Shown piece after piece: positions 40,685 through 50,086 of a DNA stretch of 64,000 nucleotides (position 1 is its first letter; the number at the start of each line of letters is the position of its first letter). This DNA comes from an uncultured Putridiphycobacter sp. Its GTDB lineage: Bacteria > Bacteroidota > Bacteroidia > Flavobacteriales_D > Crocinitomicaceae. The notes beneath the pieces are model-generated. The model worked only from the letters and a program-made list of their open reading frames with translations. It was not told where the DNA came from and searched no databases. The position numbers were made by a program, and so were the translations under genes. Location: positions 3,485 through 67,484 of the forward strand of contig CBDUKB010000001.1 of assembly GCA_965367695.1 (NCBI GenBank), in the 5' to 3' direction.

Positions 40685-43600
40685 TCATTTAAAAATAGAG
40701 ACATGCCCGACAAGCTGTTCTTTTTTCCCATTCAAATCAACGTAGTCAATCACCCAAACATATACCCCATCTTGGGATAACCTACCATTGTAATAACCAT
40801 CCCATTCTCCATCTACATTGTACGACTTAAACACCACTTCACCCCAACGGTTATAGATGGTCATTTCAAATTCTTCAATGTTTTGGGTAACCGCTTTAAA
40901 TGTATTGTTGTAGTCGTTACCATCAGGGGTAAAAACATTAGGAACATAAATTAAAGGATCGTATCCAATGTGTACATCATCTTGAACTTTACACCCGTTT
41001 TGGTCGGTTAAAACAGCAGTATAATTGGTGTTATGAGGAGGAAAAACTTCTGTTTCGGCACATATTGCACAAGTAATAAAAGATTTTGGAAACCATTCAA
41101 TGTCCCCATCACCTTCTGCCCAAATAGGTATGATGTCTCCTACAACAGCTACTACGTCTGCTGAAACTGTTAATTTAGGAAGATCGAATACATTTGCGTG
41201 AAATCCAGCTGTGTCGCTACAACCAAACTCATCACTAACAGTTACCGTATAATAGGTAGATTTAACAGGTTTGGCAATGGTATTTGCTTCCCCTGGATTT
41301 TCTAAGCGCAGGGTTGGAGTCCATTCATAAAACTTTCCACCTGTAGCCCATAAACCAATGGGTTCTTCAGGACAAACTGAAGTGTCTGCTCTTGTATTTG
41401 CAATTACATTATGCACATATACTTTAACTTGATCCAAAGCGGTACCACAGGCATTGGTGAAACTAACAATATAGGTAGTGTCTACAGTCGGTGCCACTAT
41501 TGGATTTGGAATCTGCGTATTATTTATGTTGTAGTTTGGTGACCATTCGTATGTAAGTGCACCGCTAGCAGTTAATTGAATATTAGTTCCTAAACAAATA
41601 TCTGCAGTGGCTTGAACTTGTGGATTCGGAAGCCCTTGGTCGATAAAAATATAAAGAGAATCTGCAAAAGTACAATTATCAGGGGTCGTAATGTACACCT
41701 TGTATTTGCTGTTTTGTGTAGGCGAAGCAATTGGATTGCTAATGTTTGGATCTGAGAGACCCAAAGGAGGATTCCAAAGGTATGAGCCGCCACCGGTGGC
41801 CCAAATTTCGGTACTTTGTCCAGTGCATATAGTGGTATCAGGCCCGGCTTCACCAATCAAATCATATGTCCATACATCTACCAATAAAATGGTCAATCCA
41901 CATACACTACTAATTTCAACCGTAATAGTGGTGTCGTTATCAATGGTTAGAATAGGATTATACAGATAGGGATTATCGAATAGTAATGGTGGACCCCAAA
42001 AATAATCTGTTCCTCCACTGGCCACAACCTGAACACTAGTTCCTGGACAAATGGTGTCCTCTAAAGCATAAGCATCATATACCGGTAAAATTATTTCTAC
42101 TTGGGAATAGGCGGTATCTGGTGTATAGCAACCATTACTATCAGATACAATTAATGTTACATTATAAATACCAGGGTTCGCATATAAATGGGTTGGCGTG
42201 AATAAGCTAGAACTATCCCCATCACCAAAGTACCACATAAAGGTATTTCCATTTATACTTGAATTGGTGAAAACTGTTGCATTGGGTAAACAAGTTATTG
42301 GTAATGGAACACCAAGCGTAGCTTCAATAATTGATAAGTCAAATACAAAGCCAGCCATGTTGCAATTATTTGCACCATTTACAGTTGAATATGCGCCAGG
42401 AGTAGTTGGGAAAGTACCAATTGAAGAACAAGCGGCACAAACTGCGTGGTAAATTTTCCCACTTTTATCAAATCGACAAGTACCGCCATCAACATGATCG
42501 TTGGTAGAATTTGGATTTCCCATAAAGGTGGCATATTTTAAAGAAAGCATGTCGGGTGTAAACAAGGCCAAATAAAAATTACTACCACTGGTTACATCTT
42601 GATAGGCATCAGCTGTTGTTGGAAAGCCAGTGGTACTACTATTGGTTGCACTTGAATTATTGGAGTTAGTTAGTCCACCCCAGCCCGCAATGTATATTTC
42701 GTAACAATCACTGACTAAAAAAGCGGTAGGTGAGATTTCAACATCTCCAGTTCCTCCCCCAAAAACAGAAGACCATTCTGTTGCGGTTAAGTCGGCATTC
42801 ATTTTATGAATAAACTGACCACTGTTTGGGTTTACATATTTACCAGGGGTCACAGGGTAATTACCTTTTGATTGCCCATATACATAAACCTTGTCGTTTA
42901 AGTCTAATTGAACACAATACGCTTGATCGTATTCATTGGTTCCTAAATAAGTAGCAATTGGGTTTGCATAACTTGGGGCTTGTAATCTTAAAACATACCC
43001 ATCTGTAATTCCACCCATATAATTTGGGTTGATTTGTCCAGTAGTAAAAGGAAAATTACTACTTGTTGTACCTCCTACTAGATATAAATCTCCATTGCTT
43101 GCAATTTGAATAGAATTACCAGACTCCAGTCCAGAGCCACCAATATAAGTGCCATAGACTAAATTTGAAAAAGTATTGTTCAGTTTAACAAAAACGGCAT
43201 CTTGTGAACCACTTAAACTATTACTGAATCCATTGTTGGTGGGAAAATTACTTGAACTTGTTGTGGAGGAAATATAGACACTTGAATTTTGATCGACAAT
43301 AATTTCACCTCTTAATTGATCACCATAATTATAGGCAATGTTTGAGCCACCACCAGATAAATTTACAACACCATCATTTCCTGAACCACCTAGAAATGTA
43401 CCATTTTGAATGGCGGTACCATTCGCGTTTAATTTGATGGCATACAAATCAGTTCCGGCTGAAAACTGAATACCGTCTATATTCGTTCCAATAGTCCCTC
43501 CTTGAAAAATAGTTTGATAACCAGTTGATGGAATCGGAAAATTAGCTGATGAAGTAGCACCCATTAAAAATATTTGATTGGCATCATTCACAATTAAACT

Positions 43601-44569
43601 GTGAGGAGTTTCAGCACCACCCCCGCCAATATAAGTCGAAAATTCGATTCCAGTTCCTGTAGGATTAAACTTGGTTAAACCAATATCTACTTGACCACCA
43701 TTAAAACTAGTACTAAATGCGCCAGCTGAAATCGGATAACCTGAACCAAAAACAATTCCTGCAGCAATTAATTTATCATTTACATCCGGACAAGCAGTCA
43801 TGCCCCAGTTATCAGAAGTTGAACCTGTAAAAGTTGAAAATAATAGTACAGGGTCAATGATCAGGGTATCTGAAGTTTGATAGCCTTCAGGGAATTCAAA
43901 ACTGACAATGTTATTGTTTAAGGTGTATTTACAAACAACAAATTCTTTTTCCCCATTAATAATTTGATATGCTATGGGTTGACTTTCAGAAAAAACGCCA
44001 AATATGGTATGAATATTTAATTGTCCATTTTCAATCTTTAAGGCATCTTGTCCTTCGTACTTTATTTGCAGCTTTTGTAAATCTGCACCTGGCGCAATAA
44101 TAAAATCATATTTCAAAGTTTGATTTTTTTCATAAATGTGCATGTCAATACCATCATATAATGCTTGATATTGCACCGAATTATATAAGGTTAAATTACT
44201 GACCCATTTATTGGGGTCGTTTCCTATGATATAATTTTCTACGTGACTTGAAGGAATACTTTCTTGAAATTTTGGAGTGGGGTTGGCACCTAAAAAGGAT
44301 GTTTTGATTACATGCGATTTAAATTTTTCATCTGCATGTTGTTCGTTTGATTCCTTGTGGTTGTGACCATGTATAAAATCACCACCGTTATGAAACTGAT
44401 AGGTAAAACCACTTTTCTCTAAAAACAAATCACCACCTGGAATCCCAATTTTATAGGAAACATTTTCATGCCATTGACCTTTATTTGGCTTCATCCATAT
44501 TGAGGGTTGTCCCAACACGCCTAAAGCCACCATCATAAAGAATATCAAGGTGGTGCATTTCAAATTCAT
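40685..44569 (-). CDS. Large cell-surface protein: SBBP-type propeller repeats, PKD domain, Ig-like repeats, T9SS type-B (gliding motility-associated) CTD
   Basis: IIDPVLLFSTFTG; repeated STYIGG/GTFLGG units; WYFGDG PKD; about five 'IC.G....A.GG..Y.W.P' repeats; PNVFTPDGNDYNNTF...YNRWGE...WDG...GVYVW. Confidence 0.85.
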   Translation of the reverse strand: MNLKCTTLIFFMMVALGVLGQPSIWMKPNKGQWHENVSYKIGIPGGDLFLEKSGFTYQFHNGGDFIHGHNHKESNEQHADEKFKSHVIKTSFLGANPTPKFQESIPSSHVENYIIGNDPNKWVSNLTLYNSVQYQALYDGIDMHIYEKNQTLKYDFIIAPGADLQKLQIKYEGQDALKIENGQLNIHTIFGVFSESQPIAYQIINGEKEFVVCKYTLNNNIVSFEFPEGYQTSDTLIIDPVLLFSTFTGSTSDNWGMTACPDVNDKLIAAGIVFGSGYPISAGAFSTSFNGGQVDIGLTKFNPTGTGIEFSTYIGGGGAETPHSLIVNDANQIFLMGATSSANFPIPSTGYQTIFQGGTIGTNIDGIQFSAGTDLYAIKLNANGTAIQNGTFLGGSGNDGVVNLSGGGSNIAYNYGDQLRGEIIVDQNSSVYISSTTSSSNFPTNNGFSNSLSGSQDAVFVKLNNTFSNLVYGTYIGGSGLESGNSIQIASNGDLYLVGGTTSSNFPFTTGQINPNYMGGITDGYVLRLQAPSYANPIATYLGTNEYDQAYCVQLDLNDKVYVYGQSKGNYPVTPGKYVNPNSGQFIHKMNADLTATEWSSVFGGGTGDVEISPTAFLVSDCYEIYIAGWGGLTNSNNSSATNSSTTGFPTTADAYQDVTSGSNFYLALFTPDMLSLKYATFMGNPNSTNDHVDGGTCRFDKSGKIYHAVCAACSSIGTFPTTPGAYSTVNGANNCNMAGFVFDLSIIEATLGVPLPITCLPNATVFTNSSINGNTFMWYFGDGDSSSLFTPTHLYANPGIYNVTLIVSDSNGCYTPDTAYSQVEIILPVYDAYALEDTICPGTSVQVVASGGTDYFWGPPLLFDNPYLYNPILTIDNDTTITVEISSVCGLTILLVDVWTYDLIGEAGPDTTICTGQSTEIWATGGGSYLWNPPLGLSDPNISNPIASPTQNSKYKVYITTPDNCTFADSLYIFIDQGLPNPQVQATADICLGTNIQLTASGALTYEWSPNYNINNTQIPNPIVAPTVDTTYIVSFTNACGTALDQVKVYVHNVIANTRADTSVCPEEPIGLWATGGKFYEWTPTLRLENPGEANTIAKPVKSTYYTVTVSDEFGCSDTAGFHANVFDLPKLTVSADVVAVVGDIIPIWAEGDGDIEWFPKSFITCAICAETEVFPPHNTNYTAVLTDQNGCKVQDDVHIGYDPLIYVPNVFTPDGNDYNNTFKAVTQNIEEFEMTIYNRWGEVVFKSYNVDGEWDGYYNGRLSQDGVYVWVIDYVDLNGKKEQLVGHVSIFK

Positions 44570-44622
44570 TATTATATATATAATCCTGTCTCTTTAGACG
44601 GGATTTGATGCGAAATGGTTGT

Positions 44623-45111
44623 CTACTTTTCGATTTCCTCCAAACTCGGCAACTCAATGTTGTCTGGAAGCACAATACAAGTAGGATAAGCAGACAATAA
44701 TTCTTGTTTTAATTTTTCTGCTTCTAATTTAGTTTTAAAATTACCGACTCTCACTCTGTAATTTGGAGCCATATAATCTAAATAAGCTTTGTGTTCGCCA
44801 TATTTTGCTAAAAAGTTGGCTTTTTGTCCAAGGGCGATTGATTTATTTTCATTAAAGTAAATTTGAATGCGGTAGCCTTCCATTCTAACTTGTTCTAGAT
44901 TTTCTTTATTTTTTCCAACAAATTCAGTGATTTCTTTTAATTCATTTGGCTGATGAACTTCAACAGTTCCCTTTTCTTCCGTATTAAAGTCTAAAGTTCC
45001 AATACTGTCTTTCACAATTTTTTTATTAAAAAATTTAAAACTTAAGGTAGAGTCTTGGCTATAAGCAGTGATACTCATTAATAAAATCAAAAGATTCAAG
45101 ATAGTTTTCAT
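44623..45111 (-). CDS. SPOR domain-containing exported protein
   Basis: Signal peptide; GYRIQIY...PNYRVRVGNFKTKLEAEK; TACATTTG at 45126-45133. Confidence 0.82.
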   Translation of the reverse strand: MKTILNLLILLMSITAYSQDSTLSFKFFNKKIVKDSIGTLDFNTEEKGTVEVHQPNELKEITEFVGKNKENLEQVRMEGYRIQIYFNENKSIALGQKANFLAKYGEHKAYLDYMAPNYRVRVGNFKTKLEAEKLKQELLSAYPTCIVLPDNIELPSLEEIEK

Positions 45112-45230
45112 GTAAGCATTTTTAACAAATGTATTAATTTTTACTTTATATCACGAACAGTGCCATACAATATATTCACTCAATATTCTAGGCAATTTAT
45201 TATTTTGCTAATAATTCTTAATTCGTATTT

Positions 45231-45249
45231 ATTTAGAAGGATTCTAAAT
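45231..45249. promoter_or_regulatory. Perfect 19-bp palindrome, Fur-box-like
   Basis: ATTTAGAA-GGA-TTCTAAAT between the SPOR gene and the act operon. Confidence 0.55.
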
Positions 45250-45305
45250 TAGGAATCAAGAGGTCAAAAAACATTCCATTTATTAGAATAAGATAGCTAT
45301 TGTTA

Positions 45306-45313
45306 TAATTTTG
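45306..45313 (+). promoter_or_regulatory. -7 element TAATTTTG of the act-cox operon
   Basis: TAnnTTTG 20 nt upstream of the actA ATG. Confidence 0.6.
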
Positions 45314-45333
45314 TGGGCACTTAGGGAGAAATT

Positions 45334-46707
45334 ATGAGTTTAAAAAGTATTAATATTTCGCCAATGAAATTATCGAATAATCTAAAAATCAACAAGTTAA
45401 GATCGTTATTTATCTTAACTTCATTCTTGTTCTTTGTCGGAAATTCCAGTTTTGCACAGGATGTAGAAAAGGGAGAGAAAGTGTTCAAAGCCAACTGTGC
45501 TGCTTGTCACAAAATTGACAAAAAGTTAGTAGGGCCAGCGCTTAGCGGTATGACCGCAAGATGGGAAGAAAACTCTTCAATTGAAAACATGTATGCGTGG
45601 ATTAAAAATTCACAAGAATATGCAAAGTCTTCTGGAGATTCATATGCAAAAGGGTTAATTGCAGATTACAATGGTTCTGTGATGACGGCTCAAGCGGTTT
45701 CTGACGAAGATATTGATAACCTGATTGCTTATGTTGCAACAGGTGGGGCAAGTAAAGTTGATAACAATGCAGGCGGTCCTGTACCAGAAATGGTGGCAGT
45801 AACCGAAACTGAGTCATCAAACTGGTATTGGTGGGTAATTGCTGCCTTATTATTAGTCGTGATTTTCGCAGTTGGTGGAGTTAGTCGTGAATTAAACAAT
45901 GCTAGTTTAGATCAAGATGGAAAACCAATGGCAGCTGATGAAACATTTTTTCAATCAACTAGAAGATGGTTGTGGAAAAACTTTAACATGGTGTTCTTTT
46001 TCGGATTTGTTTTATTGATTGGAAGTTTAACTTTAGGATTTAACGGACTAAACCAACTTGGCGTTTTCGAAAATTATCAACCAGAACAACCAATTAAATA
46101 TTCACATGAATTACATGCAGGTACTTTAGGTATTGACTGTAAATATTGTCACAACTCTGTTGAAAAATCAAAAACTGCTGGAATTCCTACTGTAAATGTT
46201 TGTATGAATTGCCACAAAGGAGTTTCAGAAGGTAAAGTTTATGGAACTACTGAAATCCAAAAAATTTATGATGCTGCTGGTTTTGATCCAAATACCTTAG
46301 AGTATAGTGGGGAAACTGAGCCAATCAGATGGACCAAAGTTCACAATTTACCTGATCACGTTTATTTTAATCACTCTCAACACGTAAAAGTTGGTGGTTT
46401 AGATTGTAAACAATGTCACGGTGATATGACTAAAGAAACTGTTGCAAGAGTGATGACAACAGAGGATTTGAATGCAATAGAAGAGAATAAAATTAAATTT
46501 ACCCGCCCAACTTTAACAATGGGATGGTGTATTGAATGTCATGGTAAAAAAGAAATTGACATCAAGTCTGCTGCTAAGGGGTCATATTATAACGAAATAC
46601 ACGAACGTTTATTAACAGACAAGGAAACCTATCAAAAATATAAAGAAGATGGCAAGGTTACAGTTGCGGAACTTGGTGGTTGGGAATGTGCAAAATGTCA
46701 TTATTAA
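45334..46707 (+). CDS. actA: Alternative complex III subunit ActA (mono-heme + penta-heme cytochrome c)
   Basis: Six CxxCH motifs: CAACH, then two TM segments, then CKYCH, CMNCH, CKQCH, CIECH, CAKCH. Confidence 0.93.
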   Translation: MSLKSINISPMKLSNNLKINKLRSLFILTSFLFFVGNSSFAQDVEKGEKVFKANCAACHKIDKKLVGPALSGMTARWEENSSIENMYAWIKNSQEYAKSSGDSYAKGLIADYNGSVMTAQAVSDEDIDNLIAYVATGGASKVDNNAGGPVPEMVAVTETESSNWYWWVIAALLLVVIFAVGGVSRELNNASLDQDGKPMAADETFFQSTRRWLWKNFNMVFFFGFVLLIGSLTLGFNGLNQLGVFENYQPEQPIKYSHELHAGTLGIDCKYCHNSVEKSKTAGIPTVNVCMNCHKGVSEGKVYGTTEIQKIYDAAGFDPNTLEYSGETEPIRWTKVHNLPDHVYFNHSQHVKVGGLDCKQCHGDMTKETVARVMTTEDLNAIEENKIKFTRPTLTMGWCIECHGKKEIDIKSAAKGSYYNEIHERLLTDKETYQKYKEDGKVTVAELGGWECAKCHY

Positions 46708-46730
46708 TTCTGAATTTAGGCTAATAGAAT

Positions 46731-49700
46731 ATGGGAACAAATAAAAAATATTGGAAAGGTCTCGAAGAGTTTCATGAAACACCAGAATTTTTGGAAAGAT
46801 CAAAAAATGAATTTCCAGAAGAGTTGAGTGTAAATGAATTCTTATCTGATGAGAAATTGGAAGAGAGCTCAACGGGAAGAAGAGATTTCTTAAAGTTTTT
46901 AGGATTTAGTGTTGCAGCAGCAACATTAGCAGCGTGTGAGTCGCCTGTTATAAAAGCAGTACCTTATGTTGTAAAACCTGAAGAAATAACTCCAGGTATG
47001 CCAAATTGGTATGCTTCATCATATTACGACGGTTCAACATTCGCTAATATATTGGTGAAAACAAGAGAAGGTCGTCCGATTTTTATTAAAGGAAATAAAC
47101 ACTTAGCAACGAATAGTAATACAGCTAACCCACGCGTTGTGGCTTCAGTTTTATCATTATATAACGGTGAGCGTTTACAAAGTCCATCAGCAAACAATCA
47201 AAAAGTAGATTGGACAGTGATGGATGCAAATCTTAAATCGAAATTAAAAGGAATTTCAGAAAAGAATGGAAAGATTGTATTGTTGTCAGGGACTGAAATT
47301 AGTCCATCAACAAAAGCAATTATTGAAAATTTTAAAGCAACCTATGGAGGCGGCAGTACTGAAGCTGGATTGACTGAGAGTAATGTTTCCCATGTACAAT
47401 ATGACGCTGTTTCTTATCAAGGAATAAGAAAAGCGAACGAAGCTTCTTTCGGAAAAGCGGTAATTCCAGATTACGATTTTTCTAAGGCTAAAATAATAGT
47501 AAGTATTGCAGCTGATTTCTTAAATTCATGGTTAATGTCCAATGAATATGCTGGACAATACGCCGCTAAAAGAAATCCTGATGGAGAATGGATGAACAAG
47601 CACTTCCATTTTGAAGCAAATATGTCTTTAACTGGTTCAAATGCTGATGTTAGAGGCGTTGCAAAACCTTCTCATCATGGCGCAGTTTTATCAATTTTAC
47701 ATAAAGAAATTGTAGGCGCACCATTAACAGGAGTTGACACGACAGTATTATCAGAAGGACTACTAAAAAAAGTAAGAGCTGCGGCCAAAGCTTTAAAAGC
47801 GAATAAAGGTCAAAGTTTATTAGTTGCTGGTTCAGCAGATGAATCTTTTCAAACTGTTGTCAATGCAATCAATGCTAAATTAAATAACTATTCTTCTACT
47901 ATCAACCTTATCAATGGGGTGAATTTATTCAATTCAGAAGATGATAAAATGGTGAGTTTAGTAAAAGATATGAATGCAGGTAAGGTAGATGCCATTATCA
48001 TGTGGAATACCAACCCTATGTATTCTTATGCTGATTCAGCTGCATTTAAAACTGGATTAGAAAAAGTGGCCGTTACAGTTGCCATTACACAATATGTTGA
48101 TGAAACAGCAAGTTTGTGTGATTATTTAGCTGCACAAAGTCATGATTTAGAATCATGGAACGATTTTAATCCAAAAGCAAATACCTATACATTGGCACAG
48201 CCAACTATTCGTCCATTATTTGACACACGTCCAGCTGCAGAATCATTAATGATTTGGGCAGGAATGGCAAGTCATAAAGGAAGAGATAGTAAAAATTATT
48301 ACGATTTCATTCAATCTATTTGGAAACAATACGGGTACAATCCAAGCAGTGGATTTGCCACTTTTGATACATGGTGGAATGATGCAGTACACAAAAGTGT
48401 TGCAAATGTTGAACCAATGCCGGCTGAACAAGTTGACTTTGCTGGAAACATTAATAAAGCAGCAAAATCTATCGCAGCAGTAAAGGGTGGAAATTGGGAA
48501 ATTACCTTGTATGAAAAATCATCAATCGGTAATGGAGCTATGGCCAACAACCCTTGGTTGCAAGAAATGCCTGATTCAGTTTCAAAAGTTACTTGGGACA
48601 ACTACTTGACTATGTCACCAGAAGACATGGTAAAGGAAGGTTATAGTATTGATTTAGGACAAGAAAGTCCTTCAACTGTTGCAAAAGTAACGGTTGGTGA
48701 TCAAGTATTTGAATTGCCAGTTTTCCCTCAACCAGGTCAAGCACATGGAACGGTAGGGATTGCATTGGGATATGGAAGAGGAGCAAACGGAGAGGTGATT
48801 GGAAAGTCAGCATACCAAACTGGAGAATACGGTAAATTTTTACCAGGAAATAACGGAGGTAAACAAGCCATTGGTGTGAATGTATTTCCTTTATTGAATG
48901 CAAGTTTTACAGTATTGAATGCTAAAATTGAAAAAACAGAAAAAGTTTACAATTTAGCATGTACCCAAACACATAGTACCGTGATGGGGCGTAATTCAAT
49001 TGTAAAAGAAACTACTTTATCTACTTATAAGTCTAAAGATGCTTCGGCATATAATCATAAACATGTATTACACAGTGGTTGGAATCATGACGAGAAACCA
49101 GTGTCTGAATTTAATTTATGGGATGAACATCCTGTAGAAAATGTAGGACATAGATGGGGTATGTCAATCGATTTAAATGCTTGTAATGGATGTGGAACTT
49201 GTTTAATTGCTTGTCAATCTGAAAACAACGTACCTGTTGTTGGGAAAGATGAAGTGAGAAGAGGAAGAGAAATGCATTGGTTAAGACTGGATCGTTATTA
49301 CGCATCTGACATTGAACCAGCTATTGGAACAAAAGGAGAAGGCTATAAAACTGAAGGTTTTGGTGGTTTACAAGAACCAGCGGATGCACCCTCAGTAATT
49401 CATATGCCAATGATGTGTCACCACTGTAACCACGCACCTTGTGAAACTGTTTGTCCTGTAGCGGCAACAACACACTCGAATGAAGGTTTAAACATGATGG
49501 CATATAACAGATGTATTGGAACAAGATATTGTGGCAATAACTGTCCTTATAAAGTACGTCGTTTTAACTGGTTTGATTATCCATCTTACAGAAAGTTTAC
49601 CGAAGTAAATCCTGCTTCTGATGATTTAGGAAGAATGGTATTAAATCCTGATGTAGTTGTAAGAACAAGAGGGGTGATGGAAAAATGTTCATTCTGTGTT

Positions 49701-50054
49701 CAAGAAATTCAAACTGGAAAATTAAAAGCTAAAAAAGAAGACCGTCCGGTAATAGATGGTGAAATCAAGACTGCTTGTGCAGATGCTTGTCCAGCAAACG
49801 CCATTCATTTTGGTGATTGGAATGATGTGAATTCAGAAATTAGAAAAAGTACTGAAGATTCAAGAGCTTATCAAGCCCTAGAAGAAATAGGTGTAAAACC
49901 AAATGTTTGGTTCAAAGTAAAAGTAAGAAACGAGGACAACGCTTCTTTGGCTGCTTTACAAACTGGACACCACGGAGGACATGCAGCAGAGTCGCATGAA
50001 ACTGAAGCAAAGCATGGAGAAGATGCTGCACATGAAGAAAGTGCACACCATTAA
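46731..50054 (+). CDS. actB: Alternative complex III subunit ActB (Tat lipoprotein; molybdopterin-like + Fe-S domains)
   Basis: STGRRDFLK...TLAAC Tat/lipobox; CNGCGTCLIAC, CHHCNHAPCETVCP, CIGTRYCGNNCP, CSFC...CADACP; His-rich tail. Confidence 0.95.
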   Translation: MGTNKKYWKGLEEFHETPEFLERSKNEFPEELSVNEFLSDEKLEESSTGRRDFLKFLGFSVAAATLAACESPVIKAVPYVVKPEEITPGMPNWYASSYYDGSTFANILVKTREGRPIFIKGNKHLATNSNTANPRVVASVLSLYNGERLQSPSANNQKVDWTVMDANLKSKLKGISEKNGKIVLLSGTEISPSTKAIIENFKATYGGGSTEAGLTESNVSHVQYDAVSYQGIRKANEASFGKAVIPDYDFSKAKIIVSIAADFLNSWLMSNEYAGQYAAKRNPDGEWMNKHFHFEANMSLTGSNADVRGVAKPSHHGAVLSILHKEIVGAPLTGVDTTVLSEGLLKKVRAAAKALKANKGQSLLVAGSADESFQTVVNAINAKLNNYSSTINLINGVNLFNSEDDKMVSLVKDMNAGKVDAIIMWNTNPMYSYADSAAFKTGLEKVAVTVAITQYVDETASLCDYLAAQSHDLESWNDFNPKANTYTLAQPTIRPLFDTRPAAESLMIWAGMASHKGRDSKNYYDFIQSIWKQYGYNPSSGFATFDTWWNDAVHKSVANVEPMPAEQVDFAGNINKAAKSIAAVKGGNWEITLYEKSSIGNGAMANNPWLQEMPDSVSKVTWDNYLTMSPEDMVKEGYSIDLGQESPSTVAKVTVGDQVFELPVFPQPGQAHGTVGIALGYGRGANGEVIGKSAYQTGEYGKFLPGNNGGKQAIGVNVFPLLNASFTVLNAKIEKTEKVYNLACTQTHSTVMGRNSIVKETTLSTYKSKDASAYNHKHVLHSGWNHDEKPVSEFNLWDEHPVENVGHRWGMSIDLNACNGCGTCLIACQSENNVPVVGKDEVRRGREMHWLRLDRYYASDIEPAIGTKGEGYKTEGFGGLQEPADAPSVIHMPMMCHHCNHAPCETVCPVAATTHSNEGLNMMAYNRCIGTRYCGNNCPYKVRRFNWFDYPSYRKFTEVNPASDDLGRMVLNPDVVVRTRGVMEKCSFCVQEIQTGKLKAKKEDRPVIDGEIKTACADACPANAIHFGDWNDVNSEIRKSTEDSRAYQALEEIGVKPNVWFKVKVRNEDNASLAALQTGHHGGHAAESHETEAKHGEDAAHEESAHH

Positions 50055-50086
50055 TATTAATTAGAGAATAATATAAACAAAGGATA

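Noticed and set aside
45334-46707. Sixth (N-terminal) heme domain on ActA
   Set aside because: Already described for Flavobacterium ACIII
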